DNA of 64,000 nt from Geosiphon pyriformis uo1. Lineage: Eukaryota; Fungi; Glomeromycota. Location of the stretch: contig JAAOMT010000710.1 of NCBI GenBank assembly GCA_016748015.1, positions 372,001-436,000 of the forward strand. Reading direction: 5' to 3'. How positions within the stretch are numbered: position 1 is the first letter of the stretch; each line of letters begins with the position of its first letter. A model generated the notes under the pieces. The model did not search any database. It was not told the origin of the DNA and worked only from the letters and a program-made list of their open reading frames with translations. The position numbers and the translations under genes are program-made. Positions 1 through 13,831 of the stretch are shown piece after piece.

Positions 1-1108
1 GGACAAAGAAGAGAAAAAAGTTTTTTAAATATTGTAAATATTATAATAACTAATTATTAATTAGATTTTTGTAGTATTTTTTGATTTATGTATTATATAT
101 AAAGCAATTATTAAATATTGTTTTATATTAATTCTGTAAAATATAAAATCTGTTATTTAATATTTTATTAATTATAAATGATTTTTTTTAATAACTTAAA
201 AATTTGTTATTAAAAATATTGTTTTATAATTGAGTTTGGTTATTTTTTTAAAAATTCAGTTTTAATATTAGCTTTAATAAGTAATATTATTATTTATTTA
301 TAAAATAGATAGAAAAATTCATAATTAATTATATTATAATTTATTATTTAATATATAAAAAGTGCTAAAAACAAAAATTTGTTTTATAAGTTTGTTTTTT
401 TATTGGTTTTTGCTAAAGTTTTATAAAATATTTTTTTAATCTATTTATTTAAAGATAATAAAAAAAAGTTTGTAATATGTTCTAGGTTTTTTAAAAACTT
501 TTTTATTAATAAACTAAAGAATATCTATTTTTATATATAATTTTTTTATAAATAAAACTGATAATTAAAATGATTATTTAATTAGATATTAATATTGTTT
601 TTATGAATTTTATTAAAAAATTTGTTGATATTATAATATTTTATTATTATTAAATATTATTATTAAAAATTTAACAATATTTATTCTAATTTTATTAAAA
701 AATTAATTAACAGAAATTGAATAAATGTTTTTTTAATTGATTTTACTTTTTTGTTAACAAATATTACAAATTTTAATATATTTTATTGTATTTTTTTTTA
801 ATGTTGACTAATAATATTTTTTGAATTGCTTTTGTTTTTTCAAAATATTTTACTAAAGAATTTTATATATTGTAATTTTTATTTTTTTAAAATAAATAAC
901 TTATTATAATTAATTTAATTTTTTTAATATAATTAGTTTTGTTAAATTAAATAAAAATTTGTTAGTATTTACAACTATTTTTTGCTGTTAATTGTATTTT
1001 AATAAATATTGTCTTTTATTTAAAAATTTAATAAGTGTTAAATAGTTTTTTAAATTTATTGTTATGTTTAATTTAAAGCAATTTATTAAAAATTAATTTA
1101 ATTAATTT

Positions 1109-1245
1109 TATTATTATTATTATTAGCTTTTAATGAATGAAGCCCAATTGCTATCTAGTACAAAAAGCCAAACTAAGTGGCTTATATTAGATACAACTCA
1201 CACACTCCCTACATGTGATTAGCCACTCAGGTCAGACAAAGCATT
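1109..1245 (-). mobile_element. 5'-truncated LINE 3' end (3' UTR plus (TAA)n tail)
   Basis: 1131-1240 aligns by eye with the LINE A 3' UTR (6497-6612), e.g. gcccaattgctatctagt..aactaagt..ctacatgtga..agccact; (tta)n run at 1109-1124. Confidence 0.75.
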
Positions 1246-4213
1246 AATTAGCATTAATTTGTTTTTTATTAAATAATTAATTAAAATAAAGCATTTATAT
1301 TTTAATTATTTATTTTTTTATAATATTTTATATTATATTTATATTTATTTAAATTTACAATTTAACAAGAAATTTTTTTATAATCCAGTTTTTTTTTGTT
1401 TTTTAATTAAACTAAATTTTAATAATTAGTATAAAGATTAAATTATTTTTAAAAAAGTATTTATACCAATAAATAGTAAATTATATTATAGCTAAATATT
1501 TTTTTACTTTGGTTAAGTTTAAAGATTTTTATTTTTTATAACAAAATAACTTAAAAAGTGAGTAAATTATTATTTAAAAAATAATTTAATTAAGTTGATT
1601 TAAGTTTAGTATTTCTAAAAAGATCAAAAACTTTTTAAAGATAATTTAAATATTTATTTTAAGTTTTTGAATTATAATTATATTATTAAAATATATAAAA
1701 ACGAATTTTTAATGTTTTGGTTTAAATATTTTGTTTATTAATTTTTAAAAAATAGGCAAAATATTTATTAATTCAAAAAATATTACAATAAACTTGTAAA
1801 TTTTATATATTATTGTAAATATGATTTTTTTTTAATAAAATCTATTTTTACTTATTAAAATTTAATAGTTAAATTAATTGTTATAAAATAAATTAAGTTT
1901 TCAAATTAATTAAAAATATTGTTAACTCTTAAAAATAAATATATATCTTATTTAATAATAATATTTAATTGTTAATAATAAATACAAAATAATAAAATTT
2001 CTTTTTTTTAAATATTACTATAGTTAAAAATATTTATTTATTCTTGGTTTTTTGTATAAATTCAAGTTTTTTATGTAATTTATTTATTTTTAATAAACTT
2101 ATTGTTTTATTTGTTTGATTAATAAGATTTTAAATAAATAGGCTAAATATTTTTTGTTTTAACCAAATATTAAATAAGATTTATTTAATCAGATTTTTTT
2201 TTGATATTACTTTCTAAAAAATAATAATTAATTATTATAATTCTGTTATCTTAAATAAAATATAACTTATTTTGGATTAATAAATTTTTGATATCAATTT
2301 TTTGATTTTCTTTACTGAATTTTTTTATTCAACTATTAATGATTAATGATTAAATTTTAAATATTTCTTTTTTAAATGTTTTTTATATAGTATTATTAAT
2401 AGATTTTTACATTTTTAAATACAAAGATTACAATATATACTATAAAAATTACTATTAAAATCATTTAAAAAAGACTTATATTATTATATTTAAATAAAAA
2501 AATTAGCTGGCAAATAAAAATAAATAAATTAGCAATTAACTTAATTACAATAAAAAAATATAATATAATTTAATTATTTAACTAAATTAAATATAAAAAT
2601 ATTTTAGCAAGCTAAAAAACAACAATAAAAATTAAAAATTGGTATATATAATTTAATAACAACAGTTTTATTATGTTTTAAAATTTTTATATACTTTTAT
2701 TTATATAATTTAATATTTTAAATTTGTAATTACTATTTAAAAATAGGTTTTAAAAAAATATAATCAATTAATTTACTTTTGATTCTATTAATTATAATTA
2801 TTATTAATATATTATTAAATTTTAAATTTAGCTATTTAAATCTAATTATTTAAATTAATAGCTTATAAAAAATAATAAGTAAATTTACTAAATTAATTAA
2901 TTTAATATATATAATTAATTAATATACTTAAATAATCTTAATATAATATGTAAATTTAATATAATTTAATTATATATACAAATTTCTTATTAATTTAAAA
3001 AAGTATTAATTTTATATTAAGTTATAGTTTTATAATAAGTAATTGATTTTTTTTTTTATATGTTTTTTTTAAGTTTTAAATACATGTTATTAAAATTTTA
3101 AGTATATTTTATATTTATTATTAATATTTTAAGTTATATTTTTATTATCTTTTATATATTTATTATTAATATTTCGAGTTTTTTATTTTTTAAAACACAT
3201 ATTATTCATATTTTACATTATGTTTTATTTTTATAAATAAATTATTGATTTTATTATCTGATTTTGTTTTTGTTATAAAATTAATTTTAATTTTTGACTG
3301 ATTGTATTTTTTGTGTTTTTATAAAATTTTATTATTTTTCTTTATAAAATTTTATATTAAAACTAGTTTTAGTCCAAAAATAAACAATAATAACAGTATT
3401 TTTTATTATTGTAAATAATTTTTTTATTTTTATTTTTATTTTTCTAAATACTAAAATAATCTATATATTTATATATATATGATAATTTATAGTTATATAT
3501 ATATTAATATTGCTTAATAAAAGTATTATTATTGTTAAAAAAGTTATTAAATTTATGTTTTTCTTTTAATAACAATATTTTGATTTTTTTATTAATAATT
3601 AAATCAATTAGTTCTTAATTTTTAAAATTATTAATATTAAAAATTTTATTTTGCTTTTTTTTGATTGTTGTTTAAATATTTTTTTAATATAATTAATAAT
3701 AAGTTTTCTATTAATTAATAAATTTTTACTGTTTGTTTGTATATTGTTTAAAAATTTCTATTGTTGTTAAAAGTAGTAAAAACTAATTTGACTTTTTTTT
3801 CTTTTTGTTTTTTTTTAAAGTCTTTGGAATTATTAAAATTATAAAATTATTGTTATTTTGGCTTTATTATTGTTATTGCTATTAAGTTAATTTTAAAGAT
3901 ATTGTTCAGTATTAGTATTTAATTACAATAAGTTTTGGTTTATTGTAAATTGTAAATTTACATAAGTTTTAGTTTAAAAAAGCTTTTGTTTTTTTTAATT
4001 ATTTTTTTTAATAATCTTTATGTAATTTTTAGCTTTTATATTTTCATATTAATTTTAATATATATTTTATTAATTTGAATAAAAACCGGTTTAATAATTT
4101 TTAGATCATTTTTTATTTCTATAAATATTAATTATTAGTTTAATTAATAATTTATTGGTTTTTTTAATTATATTTAAGAAATAAAAAGCTATAATATTAA
4201 GTTTATAAAATAT

Positions 4214-4500
4214 TTAATTACTTAAACTTTGTAAATAAAAAAAATAATATTATTGCTAAAAACCAAAATTATTTATTGAAAATACTTATTAATTTTGAAC
4301 TGTTTTTTCTTGAATATTAATAATTTTTATAGGTTTTTTTAAACTATAAATAAGTTATTAATTACTTAAACTTTGTAAATAAAAAAAATATTATTATTGC
4401 TAAAAACCAAAATTATTTATTAAAAATACTTATTAATTTTGAACTGTTTTTTTTGAATATTAATAATTTTTATAGGTTTTTTTAAACTATAAATAAGTTA
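4214..4500. repeat. Tandem duplication, ~144-bp unit x2
   Basis: 4214-4357 and 4358-4500 are near-identical (about 3 differences). Confidence 0.9.
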
Positions 4501-4569
4501 TTAATTATTAAAGATAATATGTATTAAAATTTTTATTAAAATAATTTTTGAAATTTTTAATTTTGGTGA

Positions 4570-5560
4570 TATTACATAAAATAATATAAAAAAAACAATT
4601 AATAGTTAAATATAATATAAAAATTTTAAAAATACCAAAAAAAATAGTAAAGATTTTAAAAATGTCAAAATTTTTAGAAAAAATATAAAAATCATTAAAA
4701 ATTTCAGAAATTTTGTATTATAAAGATTTATTTATATATAATAATAGTATTAAAAACATAAAAATAATAATTTTTTTTTGTTTTGTTTTGTTTTACTAAT
4801 TAAGTATTAAAATTATAATATTACAAATTATATAGTAAAAAATGTAGAAATAAGCATAAAAATAATTTATTAAATATTAAATTACTTATTAAAAAAGTAA
4901 AAAACACTAAAATAAATTAATTTTTATGTCAAAAAAATTAAATATCAAGTATTATTAATTATTATTAAGTAAATTTTTATTTATTATAATATTTGGTGCT
5001 TTCTGTAAAATATAATTTACAGAGAACAAAAATATTATTTAAACTTATTTGCAAAAATAGCAAAATTAAAAATTACAAAAACAAATTATCTTAAATTTAT
5101 GAAATATTTATTTTAATACTACTAAAAACGTTAAAAATTAACTAATAACAGCTTTTTAACCAAATTAACTTTTAATTTATATATTAATAAAAATTGTATA
5201 TTTTTTGAAAAAAACAAAAAACTTAAAAACAACAAAAAAAAACTTTTATAAAAAATTATTATAATATATTAATTTTTTATAAAATCACAACTTTATACTA
5301 ATAATTGTAAAATTTAATTATATATTTAAAAAAAAATTTCTAATAATTTTTAAAAACAAAAAAACAAACCATAAATTTTTATAATTATTTCAAATAAAAA
5401 CAATTACTTAATTAAAAAAAATTACAAATTATCTTATTAATAAACTTATTATATTATAATATTTTAAAAAGTATAATTCAAATTTCAATAGAAAATAAAT
5501 TATTATTATTTATTGTAAAGCCAAAAAGCATATAATTTTTGTTTTAAAACAATTCAAAAA
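4570..5560 (+). mobile_element. Hypermutated relic of a G3-like LTR element (LTR, PBS, gag start); boundaries approximate
   Basis: 4986-5027 ataatatttggtgctttctgtaaaatataatttacagagaac matches G3 39061-39103 gtaacatttggtgctccctgtgaggtataatcctacagagaac mostly by C>T/G>A; downstream tracks the G3 gag start; 4620-4715 resembles decayed GGAATTCCAGGA repeats. Confidence 0.65.
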
Positions 5561-6129
5561 CATTAATTTACTTGAAAAATATAACAAATTTTTTGAAAAA
5601 TTCAAATTGTAATTATTTATGTATTAATTTACTCAATTTTTACTATTATTATCAAAAATACAAATTTACTAATAACTAAAAAAAATACTAATTCAGAATA
5701 AAAAAAGATTAAAAAAAGCTTAAAAAAAATCTATCTTAAAATCTATTATTCAAATTTTAAAATTAATTTAAATCTAATTATATAAAATTCAATTATTAAA
5801 AATCTCTCAAATTCAACTTAATTGTACTAGTATATTTATTTTTAATATTACCAATTATCAAAGTTTTATTATTATTAATTATATTTTTTATTAATAATAC
5901 TAATAATATATGTATTTATTATCTAACTTAAAAAATTTAACAATAAAAAAACAACATATAAACTTGATTTAATAACATAGAAAAAACATTATTATAAATA
6001 ACTAAATAATATTAAAGTGTTATAAACAATTTCATATTTTTTTAAAATATAATAAATTTATAATATCAAATTTTAATCATAAAATCTAACATATTTAATA
6101 TTTTCAAAATAGTTTTTTTATAATATTTT

Positions 6130-6481
6130 AATAATTACAACAGTATTATTAAATCACAAAAATATTTTAATACTATTAAACAAAATAATAATAAAAGAGT
6201 TATTACTTATTTATAATAATTTTAAATTAATAAATAGTTATAGAATTTATAATAATTTAAATTAAGATGATGTTTTTTTTTTGCTTTGGCAATTTTTTAA
6301 AATTTTATTTTATATAAGATTAAAAAGTATAAATAGTTTTTTAAATATTATGTTAATTTTAAATTGGTATTTAAAACAGATAAAATAAAAAATTTAACTA
6401 ATTTTATATTATATTTAATTTTTAATACTTTTGTTAATAATATTATTTAAATTAACAATAGTTATATTACAATACTGCATA
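6130..6481 (+). mobile_element. LINE relic C, part 1 (decayed RT region; left limit uncertain)
   Basis: aatacttttgttaataatattatttaaattaacaatagt is the AT-converted form of GAFVDDTIWVGSS (cf. LINE B 61399-61440); continues at 23116. Confidence 0.7.
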
Positions 6482-6615
6482 ATTTTTTTTATTAACATTT
6501 AACGAGTAAGGCCCAAATGCTACTTAGTGCAATACATCAAACTAAGTAATCTAAAATAGGTGCAAATCATGTACTTTCTACATGTGACCAGCCACTTGGA
6601 CTGGTCAGAACAACA

Positions 6616-9600
6616 CTACAAATCTATTAGAACAGAAACTATACTATCTATACCAGAAAAAAAACTTCAATGTTTATGAAAACCAAAACAGACACTTAGT
6701 GCCTTAGCAATTCCAAGCAACCTAATCACTCCAGCTAAGAACATACATGACAAACTGTGGGTCACAGAATACACAGAACCATTAAGCAGAATCAAACCAT
6801 TCTTTTCTATTAAAGCCCTATATTTAGCTCTAACCAACCAAATATCTGTGTGGTGGGCAGCACCCAATTCTCGAACAAAATCAACAATAAACTTTCCTGC
6901 AGTCTTGGCATTATCCAGAATGAACATAGCTTCCTGAATCTAATCTTTGAACAAAAAACTCTTGCCCATAGTAGTATACAACACATTATCAGTTATACAC
7001 AAAAAAAGCACTTACAAGATGCGAAATAAAGATGAATTCAAACCAGACACATGACATTACTTGGCCAGATGAGATGTAAAAATGCTCTTACAGACATCAG
7101 AGTCAAACATATAAACAAAGAAATAATCGGAACTTTTCACATCACCACAGCATAGACATAAAACACTTGGGTAAACCTTACTATACAAATGCTTCCACAC
7201 AGCAACTGGTAGATGGCAGTAGAGGGTCTTCAAAAAATAAGAGTACAAACTAGCTGTAGATTTGCTGGTGAAGCCAGCCATCATATAGAAATCAGGGTGC
7301 CACATCAAAGTACTATAAGACCAATTCACATCATCAAGTAAACTGTTATCAATAACATCAAAACCAGAACCAATTTCCCAACAAGCATGATTAACAAACC
7401 TAAAAATCTTATGAGCAAAATAACAAATGTTTTCAGACACAGCCATCCTACCAGCCTTAATAAATCTTTCCTTAACCAATACAGGAAGTGCCAGATCAGA
7501 ACCTACAGCCAGACTGGCTAAATTATTAGCACGCTCATTACCAACAACACCTGAATGCCCTTTAACTTTGTGCCAAGAAACATTAAGCCACTTTTCCTTA
7601 ATCAAATTAACAATGTTACACTGCTCTATCTAACAGCAGTTGCAGAATTTCAGAAACACCAGAGCTGATTCAGCCACACAAGCATCCAAGGCAGTCTGAC
7701 TGTTTGAATAAACTACTACTGAACTGTCAAGAGGAACACACTCCAAAGCTAAAGCAATTGCCTACAATTCTATCATAGTTGAAGACATCAATCCACTAAC
7801 TCTAGCACTAATACTCAGATTCAAATTAGGGAAGTAAGCAGCAGCACCACACTTTATCTCAAGTGAACCCAAATTCCTCAACAATCTATCTGTGTAAATA
7901 CTAAAAACCCTTATATTAGTAGAATAGAAACGTTAACCCAAACTAGAGACATCACCTGAACTGTAAACATTCAGAGCCTGTAAACCTACAATACACAAGT
8001 CATCAAATGGAGAAGAACACTCCAAAAAGCCACAAGCCAGAGTAAACCAATGAGGGACTGGGCCCCTCAGATCAAGTCTTTTCCAATGTCGAAAGCTCTT
8101 CCAATTGAGAACCAAATTTTTTTTGGTGTATAACTGCTTAGCGAAAATGACCCCAGATCTTTTAAAAGAGGAAGAAACATCATAAAACAAAGAAATTCTT
8201 AAGACTGTAGACATTGGTGTTCTACCAGAAAAGCAGAATGCAATAACAGAGAGATTGCCAAAAGACATCTTACAGTCCAAAAAAATCCTAATGATATCTA
8301 CCAAAAAATTATTGACTGGACTGACATACAACTTAACCAGACAACATAGAAGATAAATAGGTGACTAACCCAAAACCTAAAAGTCCAAAGACCTATGATT
8401 AAATAAACGACCAAAAACACCACTAGCATTTGAAAAACACAGCACTGAAGCCACTTTGTACTTAGTCTGCAACTGTTCAAAAGATTTCAAGCTGTACAAA
8501 AATGAATGGTAAAGAGTCTCATTGGGAAAGTTCCTTGGAAGTCCAGATTTAAGCCTCAAGTCTCTCCTAATCAACATATTCCACTTCATGCACACATTCT
8601 TAGAAATGAAACTGAACTAAGTCCTATAACTAACAATAAGTTGTAAGACAGCTGATATTAGATAAAGAAACTGCTTGTCCAAAATAGTCTTCTTCAGAAC
8701 CAAATTAATAAAAAACCTAATGTCCACATATGTCTTAGCCAAACTGGGTTTGAACAAACTTTCAAATGACAAATAAATGCCAAGATATTGATGAAATTTT
8801 TTCTTGCAAGCAACTGAAATCAGCAGACCACTAATTGACAATAATGCATTACCAACCATCTAATTAATAGGAATGGTCACAGTTTTCTCATTATTGATTG
8901 AAATGTCATTTACCATGAAAAATTCACTTGCTATATCCAAAATATATTAAGTAGTGGCCTGACTGCTACCCACCCAAATAGTGTCATCAACAAATATACC
9001 AGCAGCTAGAAACGAAGTTAAACTGTCTTGGTTTTCCATTCTATCTGTTTTAGCAACAAATTTAGTATCAATTCAGTACTTACACAAACTTTTCTGCCTC
9101 TTGACCTCACACAAAAAAAGATCATAAAAAATTCTTCATAATAAAGAAGAGAAAATTTCACCCTGGTCAAAACCATTATGTATCCAGTATCTATCAGTCA
9201 GACTGAAATTAATCATAATATGATTAACATGATTATTGTGAATAGAACCAAAAAATCTAATAAAATACTTACACATTTTGATTTGAACCAAACTATTACA
9301 TAAGTGATGCCAATCCACAGAGTTATAGACTTTATGCATATCCTGTAACACAAGCCAAAGTTCACAATCTTTCTCTAAAGCATCTTTAATAACTGAGCCA
9401 ATGGCAAAAATAAGAGACTGAGTAGTAGTGCTCTTAAGTACAGAAAAATTGTTTCCATGAAGAATGTTGAATAGACAGCATGCTGACAAAATTCTATCAA
9501 AAAGCAACTTAGAAAAAATCTTATGTGCAGTCTCAATTAAAATGATCAGCCTAGTATTTGTTAAAATGCCTTTCCACTCATAAGGCTTAGGAATCATTGA

Positions 9601-11275
9601 CACCCAAGCTTCTTTTTAACAATGAGGAACTAACTCACACACCAAACAAATGTTCAAAAGATCCAGAAGCAAGCTTAGTATAGATCCATTACAATGTTTC
9701 CAAAGTTCATTTGAAATACCAGACAGGCCAGCAGCCTTACCATCTGGTAAGTTCTTAACCACACATGTCAAGTCATCCAAACTGATAGCATCCATTACAC
9801 CAGAAAAAGCATCATCATTGACATAATCTAATGGCAGATATTGATGCTACCACAAATTTGGAACACTTTTCAGCATGGCCCTCTTCCTCATCTAATCTTC
9901 TATTATACTCTTAATATCTACTGGGTCCAAAATCAAATTGCTATCAGAAACCAAATGGTCCAACACTACTTTGTGGAATGGACATTCCAAAACACTATGG
10001 ATTGTGTGGCCTTTGTTTACCACAAAATTCTCTATTTTTTTTTTGATAGCTGATTTAATGCCTGACTTTTTGGCTCGCAATAACTCAGCAAGCTTAGAGA
10101 CACAATAAGATCTTCTTACATTACAGAGAGCAGAATGGATATAATTCAACCTCGCACTAAAGCACACAAGATCCCAAACAACAGAAGCTTTGTCACTATT
10201 CAGAGAAACTTAATGTTTCATAAGAGATACAAATTGGCCAGAGTCCACCTTGTGAAAAGCCTTTACAATTCTCAAAACCAAAATTTTCAGGTTGTGCAAC
10301 TTAGAAAACTTCTTGGTAAACATCCCATTATAACTCTTGAACCATTTTTTTTTGAAAGCCCTATTAGCCAAAAAAATCATTACTTTGTGAACAATGTCTC
10401 ACATAACATCCAGATCAGAGAACTTCTTGGTCAACTTAAACTTGTCCAAAAACATGGCAGTATTGGTCATAGTAGCATCCTTAAATTCACATCATTTCAC
10501 TTCATTCACATTTTTTATATTAAATTTTTAATGATTTTTATTTGTCTGCTTGCATAGTAAATTTAACTGGACATTAAGCAAACCACCCAAATTCATGGAA
10601 GTAAAAACTGCTTTGTGATTAATATCAAAATAGTCCTCAATACTGGTCACATTACCATTTATTACAGCACTGCCCAAACTTGAAGAAACAAAAATATAAT
10701 CAAGGACTTTAGCAACACTATAAAAATTGGTCTATGTAAGCATCTTAGTGAATGAACTTCCTCCTAAAGAATTAACTAAACCACTTCCTGAAATTCACAT
10801 ACTTCTAGGCACCATCTTCATTGAAATCACCACCCAAAATCACAAAGGAGGATTTATTCACAGCTTTTGCAATCAAAAAGTTGATATTATCAGCCTGAGA
10901 GAACCAAACACCAGACAATGCACCAACATAAAGTCCCAAAATTGAAACAGAAAGCTTATTCTTAAAGAACAACCTGACAGAAAGAAAACATTTTGCCAAT
11001 TCAAAAACTTTGCATACATGACTAGCCAAAAAATTGTCTATAATAATAGCAATGTCTAAACTCAAGTAACCAGAGTTCACATCAGAAGTGAAAACACAGA
11101 CACCATCAAACCTGTTCATGATCCATGGACGAATCTTATCTTTTAATTTAGTCTCAGTAACAATGAAAACCAAATTGTTTATTTCCTTATGCCAATGAAT
11201 TATATCTCTCTACTTTGCAGAATTGTTCATTTCCCTAATATTGCAAGTGACAACTTTCTAGATCTTATCACTTAT
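6616..11275 (-). pseudogene. LINE A ORF2: AP endonuclease, RT, RNase H, C-terminal Cys/His finger (disrupted)
   Basis: TCNIRxMN, VTETKL, ILGGDFNE (APE); SMIPKP, LQDMHKVYNSVDW, GFDQGEIFSSLL, IFVDDTIW (RT); IYTD and WHKVKGHSGVVGNERAN (RNase H); CLCCG. Confidence 0.9.
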
Positions 11276-12803
11276 TGAAAAAAAAGGGGTAGAAACTGAA
11301 CCAGCATTGTCCATTTTAGCTGAAAGGCTCATAACTGTGATTGAAAAGTTGTTCAATGTTTTCTCCATTTTTGAGATAACTGAAAGATCAAAAACCACCA
11401 CTCTTGTAACAGTCTCACCACCAGTGGCCACACCCAAACTCTCATTCATCACTATATTCACCTCTTGATTCTGTGATGAAGAAGTCACCAATAGCTAACA
11501 TCCAGGGCTAAGCTGAGAAACCATTGGTCCAGGTGTGTTCAATCTCTTAACCAGCTTGTCAACATGCTCTGCGAGGCTGGCAAGACTGTGTTCAAGAGTG
11601 GCAAACCTATCATTTAATTTCAAAGACACCAGTGAGATAGGCTTTATCTCCAAAGAAGAGCCAGCATTTAACAAAACATTCCAAACAGAAAGAGGAGAGA
11701 GAGAAGATTCACCAGCAATCTGCGCCCATGAGACACCACTAAAGGAAACTAGACAAGCAACTGGAGCCAAGCATTTAGCATAGATAGCAGCCAGTCTGTT
11801 TTTATCAGAATTAGAGAGAGTTTTTCATGATAAAACACCAGAAAAAGCACTCTCATTTCTACCAACAGAACAAGACAAAGATATATTGTCTAATTTCTCA
11901 CACTTGGTGTACTTAGCCAGAACAAGACAAAACCAGTGCAGATTGGTCTTTTTCAGAACAGGCATGGTTTTCATGACAACATCCAGTGACTCAGCAGAAT
12001 CAAAACAAACAGCAGCACATCTGGCCTAAGCATAAATAACCAGATGACAGTCAATAATACAAGTCTTTCCATCCATTGAAGTAATGTAATCTCAGATATC
12101 ATGTGTATTGGTCTCCATTGACAAAGTGTATAGAAGAGCTTTGTGAACATTTCTTGCATTCCATGACTCTTTGTCCACATCAAACCTAGCAATGCACACT
12201 GCATCCTTTCCAATTAGAATAGATCAGCGTGATACAACCAAATCAGCATGCTCAATCTGTTCAAATTCAACCACTGTTTTCTGCCACAGTCCCATTAATT
12301 GCATTTTAATTGACTTAATTATGCCAAACTCGGATAGCGCAGCACACACAGTCTTAGCCATTGTCTCAATTGGTATCTTTTTCATGACCACAGCCTGATC
12401 TAATCATCCAGTAGATTTCTTAAGATCAGTGTTTACTATGATCTTCACACCAGTAGTCTTTTCAGTGGCTTTTATCAAACCCAATTCAGAAATAAACATC
12501 ACTCAGATGATTCCAGAGAATTTTGAGGAAGTAGAAGCCCTTCCAAAACCATTAATTTCTGAAAATAATTTTCTGTTCACTGCACATTTCTCATGAGAAG
12601 TTTTACTCACTACCTTGTCCAATCTAATACCCAAAGTAAAAGATTTATAAACAAAAACATTGACCAAGTTTTTTAAAGAAAGAGGGAAGATCACAGGTTT
12701 GTCTAAGAGAATGTTATCATCATCATCACCCAAAAAGTTGATTCTTCTTAGTGACTTATCCAGTGCTCTCTTGGTCTGAATTTTTGAATTTTTAGGAGTA
12801 CAG
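11272..12803 (-). pseudogene. LINE A ORF1, C-terminal part (RRM-like region, decayed CCHC, coiled coil)
   Basis: Homologous to LINE B ORF1; LNDRFATLEHSLASLAEHVDKL heptads; stop overlaps ORF2 start. Confidence 0.8.
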
Positions 12804-13786
12804 TGTTACCAAACGAAATTAGAGATATTATTTAGCATGAAATTATCTTTATAATTTCTATCATTAATTAGCATATATTATCGTTTCAAATTATCACTTA
12901 TTACATTAACAAAATGTCCGAAATTATTATTTAATTAATAACCCAATTTGTACATAACACAGATGTAACCTAATTGCGATAATCAATCATGCAATACTCC
13001 AAAATATGTAACATTCAAAAGTTTACCGAAATTTGTAGAAATTCACCGAAATAATTGATAGTTCACTGAAATATCTAATAGTTTGCAGAAATAACTTGTA
13101 GTTTCCCAAAATGTATCTTTAGTTTAGCAAAATTGTAGAAAAGAGCAAAGTTCAAGTTTATAGAATAGTGTTATGACAAGTTGTATAAAAGAAGAGCTTC
13201 TCTCTTCGAGAAAATGTATTTTGCTTCAGATTTAACAATTAGAATCATCCTTTACACACAAAAATGAAATAAATATCAAATAATTCGAAAAATCAAATTC
13301 TTAATTATTTCCCTTTTGAAATTAACCAATTCCTATTAAACAGTTTTGAAATTGATTAGCTACCAATTTCAATAAACTGTTAATAACTCCAGGCCTGGAT
13401 AGAAAACGTTTCTCTTGACAAAATTCTATTTCTTTTACATTTTTTTTATTTTCTTTTTTTTATTTTCTTATTATAATCATTAGGATAGCCTACAGACAAG
13501 ATTCCTGTAGAAGAGTTAACTTTTACAGCAAAGTAACTACACATTTTTAGTGAGCTTCCAGATGAGCAATTTCTAGGAAAGAGTTGACATTTACTATAAC
13601 GTAACTACACAAAGCAACTGGCACGGAATTGGCCATTCCACTTATAAGCCCAGCAGTTCAAATTATAGGAAATAATTTGAAGATAAATTCAGTTACTGGA
13701 GGTTCAACTACTTTCTAAAAACGTGAATTCACAGCAAATCAACATCAACAACATTCAAAAAAAGAGACCAAAAACCTTTGGTAACA
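12804..13786 (+). repeat. G1 5' LTR
   Basis: Colinear with 21704-22686, no indels; terminal inverted repeat. Confidence 0.97.
13184..13190 (+). promoter_or_regulatory. Putative TATA box in G1 LTR
   Basis: TATAAAA downstream of the ~19-bp U3 repeats; conserved in G2 and G4 LTRs. Confidence 0.55.
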
Positions 13787-13788
13787 TT

Positions 13789-13804
13789 TGGTGCTCTTTT
13801 ACAG
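13789..13804 (+). promoter_or_regulatory. G1 primer-binding site
   Basis: TGGTGCTCT.. 2 nt after the LTR, complementary to a tRNA ending ...GAGCACCA. Confidence 0.85.
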
Positions 13805-13831
13805 AAATAATACAGCAACAACAAATTCAAA

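Noticed and set aside
1-6100. Organellar or endosymbiont DNA suggested by extreme AT content
   Set aside because: No ORFs or RNA genes; the parts I can read align to decayed TEs. 1-1100 and 1250-4200 remain unassigned.
6585-6607. Stem-loop TGACCAG..CTGGTCA in the LINE A 3' UTR as an RT recognition signal
   Set aside because: Pairing is not clearly preserved in the other LINE tails; it needs a consensus to evaluate.
13420-13500. Intron in the LTR R/U5 region (pyrimidine tract followed by CTACAG)
   Set aside because: No convincing donor or branch point and no transcript evidence.
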